DNA of 64,000 bases from Tubiluchus corallicola (Eukaryota; Animalia; Priapulida), in contig JAQGDQ010000112.1 of the NCBI GenBank assembly GCA_030141605.1, forward strand, positions 496,001-560,000, read 5' to 3'. Made by a program: the position numbers and the translations under genes. Of the stretch, positions 25,893 through 38,494 are shown piece by piece; position 1 is the stretch's first letter; each line of letters opens with the position of its first letter. Under the pieces are notes generated by a model. The model worked only from the letters and a program-made list of their open reading frames with translations. It made no database searches and was not told the origin of the DNA.

Positions 25893-28079
25893 CTAGAGAG
25901 ATAAATGAAAAGCATTTTGTAGTTTAACTCTCTCTCTCTCCATAATGGCATAGATCATTTTTAGATGGTTCCACTTGCAAATGCATTTTATTACACGTTC
26001 CGTATAATGTTCACATGCATCGTCGCAGTTAGGCTATAGTCACACACTCTGTTGCAGTGCGTGGCAACCATAAACACTTTACTGTGTGGAGTCGGCATGC
26101 AGCACCGCAGTGCACAGCAAACAACAGAGTCAACTACACTCGAAGTTAGTTTACTTTATTTAAAGCCGGTTTGGACTACAAGAAACATTGATCTATAAAG
26201 ATTACTTGGCTAGATTGCAGTTTAGGTGGTTACAAAAACTCTAGTATTCTTAATAAAAGCATATTCCTTTTGAAAACTGAAATACACAAATCACAGTGGC
26301 CTAAGAGTAAGAACACTAAAAATGGAAGCAGAAGCGCACGAAAAGTTCATAGATAAGATTAAAAGAGCTCATTTATAATATTAAGAAAAGCAGGCCACAT
26401 AGTGTAATTTCGTGTCATTGTGTACAAAAACATAAATAAATTCAGCATATTTACTTTTTCCTGGAGTCCTGGTTATATTAAAAAAATTGAAATGCTGAAT
26501 GAGTGCTAGACACAAGATCGGACGCAATAAAGAGACTCTAAGGACAACATAGGTTTTTCTTCATCATCATCATCGCCATTATTGCAAATTTATAAATCGC
26601 GAACGTTGTCGCCCTTTCACGTGCCCAAGTCCGTTGCTTCACACATTTCAAACGGAACAAAATGAAAGTTCAGTTTTTGGATATTTCAGGATTTTCTAAA
26701 GTAACTCTAATAAGCATTTTATAGAGGCCTTTTTTGCAATAAGTAATTTGCCACAGCCCCAACACAAGAATGTATAATCACTGGCGAAGATTTGTCTGTT
26801 ATGAAGAACTTTGAGGAGCAATAAGATCAACACTCGAGTCAGTTTTCCTATAACTATTTGCAATATTAATGAATTTGCTCGTTGCCACAAACGCCAAATT
26901 GACTAGGGTTCTCTCAATTAACTATGCACATGGAAGTGCTGATTTATTCATCTTAACCTCGCACATCAAAATTCATATGTACGTGTACAAATCATCAGTC
27001 ATCAATAACTTCAAGTTGTCCTCATAAAAGGCTTTGCTTAAAAGACATCTGGTATAATTTAAGTTCAATAACACAACTGCATATCAGATACCATTCTCAT
27101 ATTACTAAGAATCTACTTTTAGATGTTTTAATAATTATGCTGCACACCTACAACTAAAATGACTTCGAATTCAACTGCTTCTTTAATATCATCCAAAATT
27201 GCAGCACTATACTTTGGTATGTATATTGAGTATTGTTTTTTATATCATCCAAAATTGCAGTGCTATACTATTATATGTACATTGGGCATTGTTTTTTATA
27301 ATATAATCCAATGTTGCCGCATTATGCTATTGTACATACAATGTAAATTGTTTTTTTAATATACAGGTACTTTGCACACTGCAAGCCAGAATCCAGAAAA
27401 CTCTAAAGCCGGCTACATAAGAACGGGATTATCTACGATATAATTTTAAAATGAACCACCATATATACAATCTCCCTCTATGAGGTAGACAGCTGAGGTC
27501 CCAGAGTGAGCATCAAACCCATGGCAGCCAGTTCCGTTCAATCAGGCACTCACCCATGAACTTTACCACGCTTCTTATTGTACCAAGAGTACAAGTACTG
27601 TAAACTGATGCATGTATCTGTGAAAATAGACTTCTTACTTCCGAAGGGTATGTGACAACTGTAAATTAACAACAGACCACACCGATTTCTAATCAATGCT
27701 ACTTGCTTCATTAACCAGAAAATACAAATTTATGCAATTTAAACACTATACGAATCAACATCTTTGTTTGACTATCTGCCAAAAGTTAAATTAGTGCTAC
27801 CCACAGCAAAATACACTGTAAAGCTCAGAAGTCAGATTCAGTACACTGATGTTATAATGGGCTAAGTAACAACCTAAAATTAGCACCTCACTTTGATTTC
27901 ACCTCATTTGGCTCCCAAGTTACCTGCTATGCATGTATTCCAACAAAATATATAGAAAACATCAATTGATTGAATAACATTTAATTCAAAACATAACATT
28001 TAGATGACGATTTTAAAATTCTGAAGAGAGTATTTTCTTCATCAGTAGCCTGATTACGTATTTCCAGATGTAACTGGTT

Positions 28080-28660
28080 AATTATTATTATTATTATTAT
28101 GAGTTTATTTCGTATAGAAATATACAGCTTACAAAGATAAAGATGTTAGTAAAGCAGGTAATGCGATGTTAGTAAAGTAAAATATCTACAGAAATTCAAC
28201 TTTATAATAACAACTCATTGTAGTACCCTTGTAATTATATTACAGTATACAGTGTTGGAAGAAGCTGTAATAGGTATCTTAAAACATAATCTTTAAATGA
28301 GTTCTTAACCTTTAATTTTACATTTTCGTTTAGATCTACAGTACAACCATATTTAAATCTTAAATTTACTCGACTGTTATTTACATAATAGCATAGCTTT
28401 GGAATTCTCAATGTGCAAGATTTTGCAATTTTTCTCACAAAGTTTAATTTTCGATTATCTATTAAATAATTCGCAGGCATTGTGCCACAAAAATACTTAA
28501 CAATTTGACGCTTTCATTTTGTCTGAAACCGAATATTTTTCTATAAGCAGTGTTCCATTTTACCCTAACGGCATTAGCTACATTGTTTGATAGTTTGATA
28601 TACCTCCAATTTCGCAACCGTATAATAAAATGGGTAGACAATATGTATTGATCAGAGTTT
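28080..28660 (-). mobile_element. 5'-truncated LINE 3' fragment with (TAA)n tail
   Basis: LINTYCLPILLYGCE and WNTAYRKIFG are typical of ORF2 C-termini; attattatt tail at ~28081-28100. Confidence 0.55.
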
Positions 28661-28671
28661 TAGCTACTATG

Positions 28672-28730
28672 CACATGCACACGCACGCGCACTCACGCAC
28701 ACACACACACGCACGCGTGCACACACACGC

Positions 28731-28767
<37 letters not shown>
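28672..28767. repeat. (CA)n / (CACG) microsatellite
   Basis: Direct inspection. Confidence 0.95.
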
Positions 28768-28769
<2 letters not shown>

Positions 28770-29322
28770 TACAAGCATTCCAACATTCTTTTATCAAGAT
28801 AGCTCATAGTTACAGTATATGGTATGAAAGTATAGTTGAAGTTAAACTTTACATATTCCAAATGCCAATGGTATAGATATGGCAATATCTTATGCAAAAG
28901 ATACACGATATAGAGATAACACCAGTAATAATTTTAAATAAGTTATAGGTAGGCTAAAGATAAATTATAATGAGCAGCGCAAATGATTATCAGCTCAGAT
29001 CAAAAGGTAAATTTGTCGGACAAGCAATATGGAATAATGGGAGTACAAGAGATGCAAAGGCAGAAATTAATCACATTATTGCTATATTAAACACATATAA
29101 TTAATTAGCACTTAATTCCTTCCACACCAGGAAGCGCATAAGAATGTGACATTCTACTTCCAGTTCCCCTGCCCTTTGCCACTGCTTTAACATATATAAA
29201 AACTGCACACAAGTAAAAAAACACGAGTGTTGCAATATAACTGGCACTTATGAAGAACGAAGATGATAAAATCAGAAGCACCAAAACTTTACAAATATAG
29301 CACATGTAAACGAAGTTTATTA

Positions 29323-32300
29323 TCAATTTTGTGCTTCAAACATATTGCATGCCACGGGGTCAGGAAGTAAGTTATTCTTTCTTATGAAATCTTGTGTATC
29401 AAACCTTGTTCTAGATGGGCTCAACTGTAGGTAGTTAACTGAATCAGCATCTTCAATGTAATCTTGTTGCTCAAATACCAGCATGATATAACGATGCAAT
29501 CCTGTTCAAAATTATCAAGCTGTTAATATTTTCATGACAACAGTGCTTGATTATATTTTAGATCTTGTGATAAAGTAGCATAGATCACTTTATAATAATA
29601 ATAATAATAATAATAATAATTTCGTTTAGGACGTAGTCCAGGGATAACACCTTAAGTAACTCAATACTTATTTTGATCCAAGATGGTGCTGATTATTATT
29701 ACCTGCATGTTACTTCAATAAAGCCGCGTGCTTGGTCGAACAATCAGCAGGTCCATTTTTTAAGTATTTGAACGACTCGGTCAAGACAAGGTACCTCCCG
29801 GAAGGGGAGTGAGCTACACCACCTAGTACTTTCAGTGATTGTTGGCTCGTATAGAAGGCTTGCTGAACTGTTCATAAAAACTCAGTAAAAAATCCTAACT
29901 GTATATGCATGTATATGTAGATATTTACGGAATGCATGTACGTACTTAATTAGCGCGTAAGACAAAAGTAGTAGACGAATATGCCAAAAAAGCGTTATCG
30001 CATCCACAACTTTGAAACTATCCTTCGTTAATCTACATAATTGGAATGCACTATTATTTTTTACCTGAATCTGGTGATGGACCTGGAGAATCATACGTTG
30101 CAGCCACGTGACCCGGGCGATTGGGCGGGACATAAGGTACATTAAGTATTAAGCTATGTAACCATATTGTCTCACCAGATTTTGATGCAGTCGCTGATCG
30201 AGTTGGTGCGTCCACGTCTAGCGCAAAAAACAAAATTGACGTAAATTAGCATCCTAAATGCTGTACCATAAAATAGTATAGATGGTTTGACTCTGGTTTT
30301 TACCAATAATGTAACAACAGTCATATAAAACACCTAACACAGCTTCAAAACATCTATACTACTCTTTCAACCAGGGTAACGTTGTGTGTTATTGTTAGAG
30401 TTTTTTGCTTTCTCTTGTTTTGCTTGCTTAATGTACCGGCAACTCTAATAACACACGGTATAGAGCATAGACAATGTAATGGCTTATTTGGTTCAAAACT
30501 TAAGCTTACCAGGCTTCATAAGTAACCAAAGAATTCCTTATCTAATAAAGATGTCAAAATATGAGCAAATACGATTCAATACAATAACTGATACATCTTG
30601 AGGATGTACCACTTTTTTGTTTAATGTCACTTTAATGTCGATATTTTTAGTTTAAGAATAATGTCAAACCTTATAAAATATTTAATTTTTGCGTCTAACA
30701 GATCTACAGAACATTTTTTATGCCCACATAATTTGTTATTAGCTTTTTATGCGAGGACCTCAGGTCAGCCTTATGAGTTGTAAATAACCAAATATTTCGA
30801 AAGGCGAAAATAATGCCACCAAAATTTGCCTCAAAATTGCTCAAATGTTTGACACTGACTGCCATATGTGATTCAAAGCACATCATCTGTCGACCTGAGG
30901 TGCCAGTCCGGACACACGTCTGTCCATTGGAAACAGGAAAAATATTCCATTGTATGTGGTATCCATTATAATGAGCGTTTAGTGTAAAATTTTTTCTTTG
31001 GGATAAGAAATGGCTGAACCACTTTCCCAGGAGACTTTAATAACAGTGAAAATTCAAAAATACAAGCTGCTCAAATTAAGCCTTAATTAGTTTACTAATT
31101 GTACGTTACTAGTTACTAAATGTATAATTTTACCTATCATCATAAGTGTATATCTCAAGTGGCACGAGGCAGGCCAGCTGACGTTTGGAGGCTTACTGGT
31201 CTGTAAAATTTAAAGTCAACTAAGAAAGAATTAAAACCTAAATCAAACCTTTTGGGCATTTAACACAAACCTAGAAAAACTAAAAACTGCCCATGAATCC
31301 TAACATAGTCGTAAACAAAACTTTTAAGGCTCTAGTTAAAAAACGCGCTAACAAAGATAAAGAAAGAACTATACAAAGTTCAGTGCACTGTAACATCATG
31401 CCAAATTGCAAATGAGGACTGACGATGATCTATGCGGATGAAAAGGTTGATCACACTAACTTGCAATAACTCTGTTACAAAATAGCATGTTACAGCACAT
31501 TACAAACGTTGTAACATAAATACAAGATCCCTAATACTTTTTATTTACCCAAGACGGAAATGCAGGGCCTATTAGCAGAGATGTTTGTGGCAAGACCGAC
31601 TCATTATGAAGGATGTCCTCAAATAGGAGACATTGATTTCTGTATCATGTTGTGTCCCTAGGTTGACTAACGCACGAATAATGTAAATAAATCGATATTA
31701 CTAGTAACAATGATCATGAACAGGTAGATCTTAACTTTGGCATCGAAGAGGGTGTGCAGGATGTGTGGACAGCATTGGCCTTGGGTGTAAGAACAGCTCC
31801 CCAGGCAGTACACAATATTGTCATCACATTGGTACAATATATGATATTTTGGTTCAATATTAGTGCAACATTTGGAGCAAGATTTCGTCCGCTAATGGAA
31901 ACACATGGTTTACACATATTGACAGCAAACTATTAGTACAATGTTGTGGCAAGTTCACATTTCCATATGGTAAGCATATTTGCAAAAATACTGTGACAAC
32001 ACTGGTACAATATTGTCGTGCTGCCTGGCTCTGGCCAATGGTGGCATTGTCGTGCAGTGCAGTATAACTGGTGCTTTATTAAAAATTACGATACTATATT
32101 TCCTTAAGATATAATTGCGGTTCGATTACGCACATGTGTTTGCTATAATAGAAGGTACGTTACACATTTAAGGGACCGACTTTATGCTACTTATCTGTGT
32201 GTCACCTATCTCACGTTCAGTACTAATCCAATTCCAGGACTGACATCCGTTGCATAAAAACCAAAAAGAAATGAGTAGTATTTTAGTTTGTCTGTACATC

Positions 32301-33450
32301 TGCATTTTACATGGTGTTTTGGCTCCAGGTCAGTTTTTATGGAGGCTGTCTAAGCAGACAGGTGGTAAAATATGGTGCCCTAAAACGATTTTCAGAGAAC
32401 GAACAATTTTTACAAACCTGTGCAGGTTGCAACTGATCCAGCTTGCTAGTAATATTTACATTGATTGCTCCATATCGGCACTGACGAAATAAAAAACAAC
32501 AAAAAATGTGAAGTAACAAGTTTGATGTGTAACTGTTTTCACAAGAAAGAAACACTTTTGTGGTTTAACTATTATATGCAAGAGTAGTTACTAGAAGTCT
32601 TGACAATGTAGCACGATGACAATATTGTACCAATGTTGTCACAGTATTATTGTAAATATAGATACAATATGAAAATGTGGACTTGCCACGACATTCTACC
32701 AATATTTTTATCAATATATGTGTATTTTACAAATTTGCAAGTCTTCATGATCAAAATGATGAAATAAGGCTAAAATTATATGCAAGAAATTAAATAACAA
32801 GCCTAATTGCCTCACATAAGTCTTGGCAGGTTTTACTTGTTACTGCATTTGGTAGAACAAATCTCTCAGATAGTGCATCTAAAAGTAAGTGCTTCTGTCC
32901 CGCACTGAGGCAAATCTGCAAATATCAAATAGCCATGAATGCAAAAGTTATGAACAATTAACAAACCAAAAAGTAAATAGATGGATGAATACCCGGAATA
33001 GGAATAAATGAATGACTGACTTAATGAACGAACGAACAAACAAACGAATGAATGAACAAAATAAGAAATAAACATAACTTTCTCAGATAATGTAATGGCA
33101 TAATTTTATCCAATTTGCCTAAGAGTAAAATCTCCTTGAAAATCCATGGTTTTAGTTAATTTGTCACAAGACGAAAATTTTATCCCACCATTTTAATTAT
33201 GACCAATAGCACAGAATATCTGTTTCTAATAAACTCGAAGTAGAAGTTACAGCTATAAGGGCCAGCAGGCCAACACATTATCCTTCTAGTCGGGTTTTCT
33301 AATATTGTAACGCTGTATTGCATAATACAATCAGACATACAGCCCATTAAGCTAGTTGTCAATACTTATTAGTACAATTTTTTGTAAAAATTCACTTACC
33401 AACTGTAAAGTAAAAATTAATATACATATCTTGATCACGAAAGCGAACAT
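29323..33450 (-). CDS. Secreted phosphatidylethanolamine-binding protein (PEBP/RKIP/OV-16 family), ~205 aa
   Basis: Exons 33450-33400, 32915-32811, 32480-32418, 31200-31134, 30217-30065 and 29501-29323 join in frame: MFAFVIKICILIFTLQLICLSAG...LQPAQTSKPPNVSWPA..LRYTLMMIDVDAPTR...WLHSLILNV...YDSPGPSPDSGLHRYIMLVFEQ...RFDTQDFIRKNNL.PDPVACNMFEAQN*. The last three exons are secure; the exon 2 donor is inferred. Confidence 0.88.
29593..29830 (-). mobile_element. Degenerate SINE-like element with (TTA)n tail in a PEBP intron
   Basis: Minus strand reads ggtggtgtagctcactcccc...gaccgagtc...acttaaaaaatggacctgctg...aagcacgcggc, resembling invertebrate tRNA-derived SINEs, and ends at an (AAT)n run. Confidence 0.45.
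31931..32704. repeat. Inverted repeat pair (~95-bp arms) flanking PEBP exon 3
   Basis: 31931-32024 is the imperfect reverse complement of 32608-32704 (e.g. tactgtgacaacactggtacaatattgtc / gacaatattgtaccaatgttgtcacagta). Confidence 0.85.
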
Positions 33451-33774
33451 GTCTGTCAGAGTCCTGTAAAGATTCGGCAAATATTTCTGCAAGTTAATCA
33501 GCACAAAGCAGTTAAGCGAGAAACTAAGTGTGCCTAGATAAATAAATGCTAATAAATTGAAGAAATAAGTGCCACTAGGGAGAAAAGGATATATCTTTAA
33601 TGGCTCACAAATTTATATTATAAAAATGTGCTTTTTCTGAAATGATATGCTTTGGTGTCAAGCGGCAAATTACTCAATTTAAAATTTTTACAAATTATTG
33701 CAAAATGCTGAAGGTTAATACCAAACACTTCGGCCAGTACCTAAAAATATTAAGCATATTATTGCTCACATATT

Positions 33775-34260
33775 AAGCATATTATTTCTCAGGCCAATAG
33801 ACGCATTTGGATGATAAAATGCTGTATTTCATCACGCAGTGCAAAAGTTATTGTACCTCTTTATAAAGTGGTTGTTAGACTTAGACCAGTGCTTTAATGT
33901 GTGCGTTGCTTGGTCACCCACATATGCTCCTGTTCAAATGCTTTAGAAAGAACTCAAAGGAGGTGTATTAGTCTGGCCTCTGATATTCAGCCTGACTCTG
34001 TATCTTCTCTTGAACAACGCCATGATAATATAGATCTTATTAACTGTTATAAAATCATTAGTGGTAGTTCTATTTTCCGTAGTGACAATTTTTTTCTAGA
34101 CCATTACGTGGTTTACGTGGACACAATTCTAAATCATTTGTACAATACTCTTGCACTAATGTCAGAGCTCATTTCTTCTCTTCTCGTGTTGTGGGCCCTT
34201 GGAATTCACTAAATAGTGAAATAGTTGACGCAGCAAATCTGCCACAATTCGCAAATTGTT
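33775..34260 (+). mobile_element. Degenerate LINE (CR1-like) ORF2 C-terminal fragment
   Basis: Disrupted frames give VIVPLYKVVVR, ALERTQRR, SLEQR..IDLINCYKII, FFSSRVVGPWNSL. Confidence 0.7.
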
Positions 34261-35189
34261 GAGGAGAGACCGTCAATTTATGACCGTGTTATGGTTAGAT
34301 CTCTTAAACTTCGCAATTATTAATAGTAAAATATTTAAAATGTAACCTGTACGCCTCCTAAGGCTGTATACTTAAGTCTGTTTACTTCAATTAAAAATGT
34401 AAAGCTTAACTATGACAAATTTCGAAACCATGACAACAGCATAATTATCATACCAGAATGCCTGTAGTTATACTGTAATGGTGTAAGTTTCCTAAAACTC
34501 ATCTAATTATAGGCCCTAATCTACAAGTGTAACAATCATTTAATATTACAGGAAGAAATGTTGCTAAAAATTTTTAATTGAGGCAATGAAATAAAACAAT
34601 CGCTCATTACTACATAATTATTGCTTTATTGTGAAAAAAGAACACGACCCATGGAATCCTATTCATATCCTCATACCATGTTAACGGTGCACACTGTACA
34701 GTTGAATGTTTCCCCTTAATCAGTAATCACCTCAATAGTCTGCATCGAACATGCATGTCAATGATCGTTTCATTTTCACGTTTCCCGCCTGTGTTGCGCC
34801 ACATTGCGCACTGCGCAGCACGCAGCTTTTTGAATTAAAATTTCGATGCATTTTTCACGCTCTCTACATGTACGTTCATCATTATGACAATGAGCCGAGA
34901 GAATACGACATTGTAGCTTTCATGGATCAGCAATATCAAAGATATATGTGTAAACCATAGATATAACAATACTAACCTATATACATATTTACTTGATATG
35001 TAGATTGTTATTATCATCATTGTTATCATTATTGTTCTTGTTGTTGATGTTGCTAGTGTTATGCAAAATGCTTAAACAGGGTAAACGTGATTGAACACCA
35101 TCTCTTTTACAACAAGCAGCAAACAATGATGATTATTATAGGTTAGATAATGATATTTGAAACACAGTAGTATTCTTCATATTGTTTAG

Positions 35190-35534
35190 TAGGAGTGAGC
35201 ATCCAAAGCACCAGTTTGCATGTTCGAATTAAATTCTGAATTTTTTTGAATTTCGAATTCGTGAAACATGTGCAATCAGCAAAATTTACCTTCGATTTCG
35301 TTTCAAAATAAATTACTGTAGAATTTTTGTACTTTATTTTATAGAAATAAAACGCATGATCATCACGGGACCTGTTAAAATATTATTAGTGATTCGAATT
35401 TTTTTGACAATCTTTAAGAGGCTGGCTTCAAAGTTTATTCAAATATGGTAAAACTGGGTTTAATTTCAGTTCAGAAGTCACAAATTCGATAATTGGATTC
35501 GAATTCGCTTTCTGGTATTAAATCCTCACTCCTA
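35190..35534. mobile_element. MITE with TAGGAGTGAG TIRs
   Basis: TAGGAGTGAG / CTCACTCCTA is a perfect 10-bp TIR; internal TTCGAA(T) repeats; TSD unclear. Confidence 0.6.
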
Positions 35535-36014
35535 TGCTATTTAGGTGATGATGCAAACATTCCCAGCATAATAATAATAATTTATTCGCTTTACAGTCGA
35601 AAATAGATAAAAATTGTAAATAAAGATACAGCATAATGAACTTGAAAATTATACACTAGAACACAGATAAAATGTAAGAATGGAAATCCAATTTATATTA
35701 ATTTGATTGCGTAATTACAGATTAAAAGTTTTTTATATAGAAAGGTTTTGAGACCTTATGGATTACAGGGTGGTGGACTTTGATAACTTTTAGTTCTTTG
35801 CCACCCTTTCACCAATCAGTTTAATAATATACCGCAGATAAATTAATCATCATAATAATTTTGTTACATTGTATCATATTACCGTTTTATGCACTGTGTT
35901 TTTCTTCTTCTGAAAGGGTGTTAAATAAAGATACTTATATTATGTGAATAGTGCTTGATTGCACAATAGATAATAATATACATGAGACAGATGAGAAGAA
36001 CCATCTTCTACAAG

Positions 36015-36240
36015 TTATATAGTATTAGTTTTATTCCAAATTGGACCAAGACAATTGAACTTGCAGAGCGCAAATTGCGTTGTGAAATTAACTCTTGAAG
36101 ATAGTGAGGAGCCAGCTTGTGCACAAATTTTAAAAGCAAGCAATAAAACTTTGAAATCTATCCTGTATTTAATTGGAAACCGGTGAAGATCAAACAAAAT
36201 TGGTCTTATATTATTGAATTGCTTTGTTTTTAAGCTTACA
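36015..36240 (-). mobile_element. LINE (L2/CR1 group) ORF2 C-terminal fragment
   Basis: IRPILFDLHRFPIKYRIDFKVLLLAFK matches the common 'I.P.L..LHWLP...RI.FK.L...FK' motif. Confidence 0.7.
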
Positions 36241-36725
36241 TACCATAACAAACAAAATTAAAATTAACACACATAGCATAAATTCTTAAACTACATAATT
36301 TCAACACACCGTTCATTAAATAATTCAGATTTTGAGTTTTCTATGAGTCTGCCTCTGCGCCTTATCGCGGAGAGTCTGTACAGTTGCAGGTTTCTTAGTT
36401 TGCAAGTTTAATTTGTAAGTCTTTAGTTTTAGTCTTATACAAATTTGTATCTCTTACTAGAGTTGAACTAGATTTTATTTTAAAAGATGTAATACTGCCT
36501 TCTCTTCACATTGCAAATTCAACCACTGCAAATTCATTAATCTTTAAATAAGGGCAACGTGTAAAGAACCCCATGGTCGTACGTTGCCCTCGCATTTGGC
36601 TAACTTCCGTTAGTTTTTTTATGTTATTACTGTGTCGAACCATGTGTGCGAAATAAAATTATCTATTATTTATTATCTATTTTTAGTTTCTGACAATAAT
36701 TGTAGAATGATTTAAAATAGAAAAG

Positions 36726-38080
36726 AATAATTTATTTATTTGTCTCAATAAAATTATCAACATAGCATTAACAAATGATGGTACTACTAAGAGAGACAGG
36801 GTGATGAAAAGACCAAAAGGTCTTCGAGTCTACCACCCATCTACTAATTTAATAACAAAACCCTACTTGATCAGTACTGTGAGCTATGTAATTTAAACTA
36901 TAACGTTAATGTAAATTAAATTATTATATTTTTCTAAAGCATTGTTCTTGTATAGCAGCAGTTGTTAGTTAGTAGCGCATGCATATGTTACACTTACATA
37001 GCTGGATTAGTGAGTAATATGTGAAAATAATTTTAAGTTACAAATTAAAAATTAATCGATACTTTGTCATATAGCATAACTGTTAACTGATACTGACCAC
37101 ATGTATCCATAAGCATAGCGAGGGCATGCACCGCTTACCACAGGTTTGACTATAAATGTTCACTTAATTCACATCTGCAAACTGAATAACCATCCAAGTA
37201 TAACGTAATTCCATTAGGTCATTTTCGGTATTTTAACTCAAATCTTAAGCATCTGGAAATATTAACAAACACAATCATCAGGACGTAAAATAATTAACGA
37301 CCATAGAATTATAATTCAAATTATAACTCAAGATGATTACTAATAAATATAGCAAAAATCAATTTAAAAAGAATTAATGTTCATTAATATTTGGAGATTA
37401 TTTCAGTACGATATTTTTTTACTGCTATTTTTAAAGATGGAGAAGATTTAACAGAAGATTCAAGGCTATTCCAGAACGACACCCAAAATTGCAAGGAATT
37501 TAAACCCTAAGATGTTAGAAATCGTTGCTGGAAATAATGTCCCCAGGTAGCTGCTCTGTTAGTATACGACTGTGAATCTCTAATTAGTGTAAAGTAGCTA
37601 GCACACAAGGACGGCAACATATTCTTTTCATACTTGTACATAAACTTAAACAGCTCTACAGAGTAAATATCTTTTAATTTAAGGAAACCAATGGAAATAT
37701 AAGAGGGCGTGGCATGATCACGTATTTTTGCAAACGTCATTAGATTAACGATTTTATTATGTACAGTATTTAGCGAATACAGATAAGTAATTTTGGCTTT
37801 TCCCCAGGATAAAATGCAATATTTCAGGTAGGGATAGACAAGTGCATGGTATATGAGTTTTAATGTGTTTCTGTCAATATAGTGTCTGGGTTTAGCAACA
37901 ATACCAGCAGTTTTATTCAGTTACTTGCAATCATATTAATGTGGGATTTCCATTTTATGTCTGAATCAATGTAAAGCCCTAAATATTTTATGCTAGACAC
38001 TTGCTCTATTTCATGGTTATTAATTTTAATAGTAACCTGTGGTATATACTGATTTTTTCACTAATGATTATGAACTTGGT
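36726..38080 (-). mobile_element. 5'-truncated degenerate LINE with ORF2 end, 3' UTR and CR1-like terminal hairpin
   Basis: IEQVSSIKYLGLYIDS, YPYLKYCILSWG and MTFAKIRDHATPSY...IYSVELFKFMYKY are homologous to the LINE at 38.9-40.4 kb; hairpin at 36798-36838, then a tail. Confidence 0.8.
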
Positions 38081-38494
38081 TATTACCAAAACTGTACCAG
38101 CATCTCAACTGTTTTGTTGAGTTTAGCCAACTACTGAGTCAAATAAATTTACTATTGCTATTATTATGAAGAAATAATGTCAATTTTCCTCAAGTCCCTT
38201 TTTAATGAAGTTATTTTGATCGTTAGACTAAACCAATGATCACAAACCACTTGGCGTTAATGTGGGTAAGATTGCCCATGTTAGAAATTGAAGGCACGAA
38301 GCGAAAATGAGGTGAACGCGTGATATGTGTAAATCATAATAAATGGCATTCTTTTTCGCAGTGACTGATTTATAGTGATTTTTTTAAATTTCGCCGAACA
38401 TTATTAGTAAAGTATTGGGTATACTTTTACATAGTGTTTCGGTAAAAATTCCTGATTTTTCTGTGGTTCGATTTGATTTTGTTTCCTTGTTTTA

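Noticed and set aside
27475-27575. tRNA-like A/B boxes on the minus strand
   Set aside because: No cloverleaf; at most a decayed SINE head.
32170-32299. Alternative signal-peptide-like ORF MYRQTKILLISFWFLCNGCQS in a PEBP intron
   Set aside because: Ends in a stop after about 43 codons, and the six-exon model already gives a complete PEBP.
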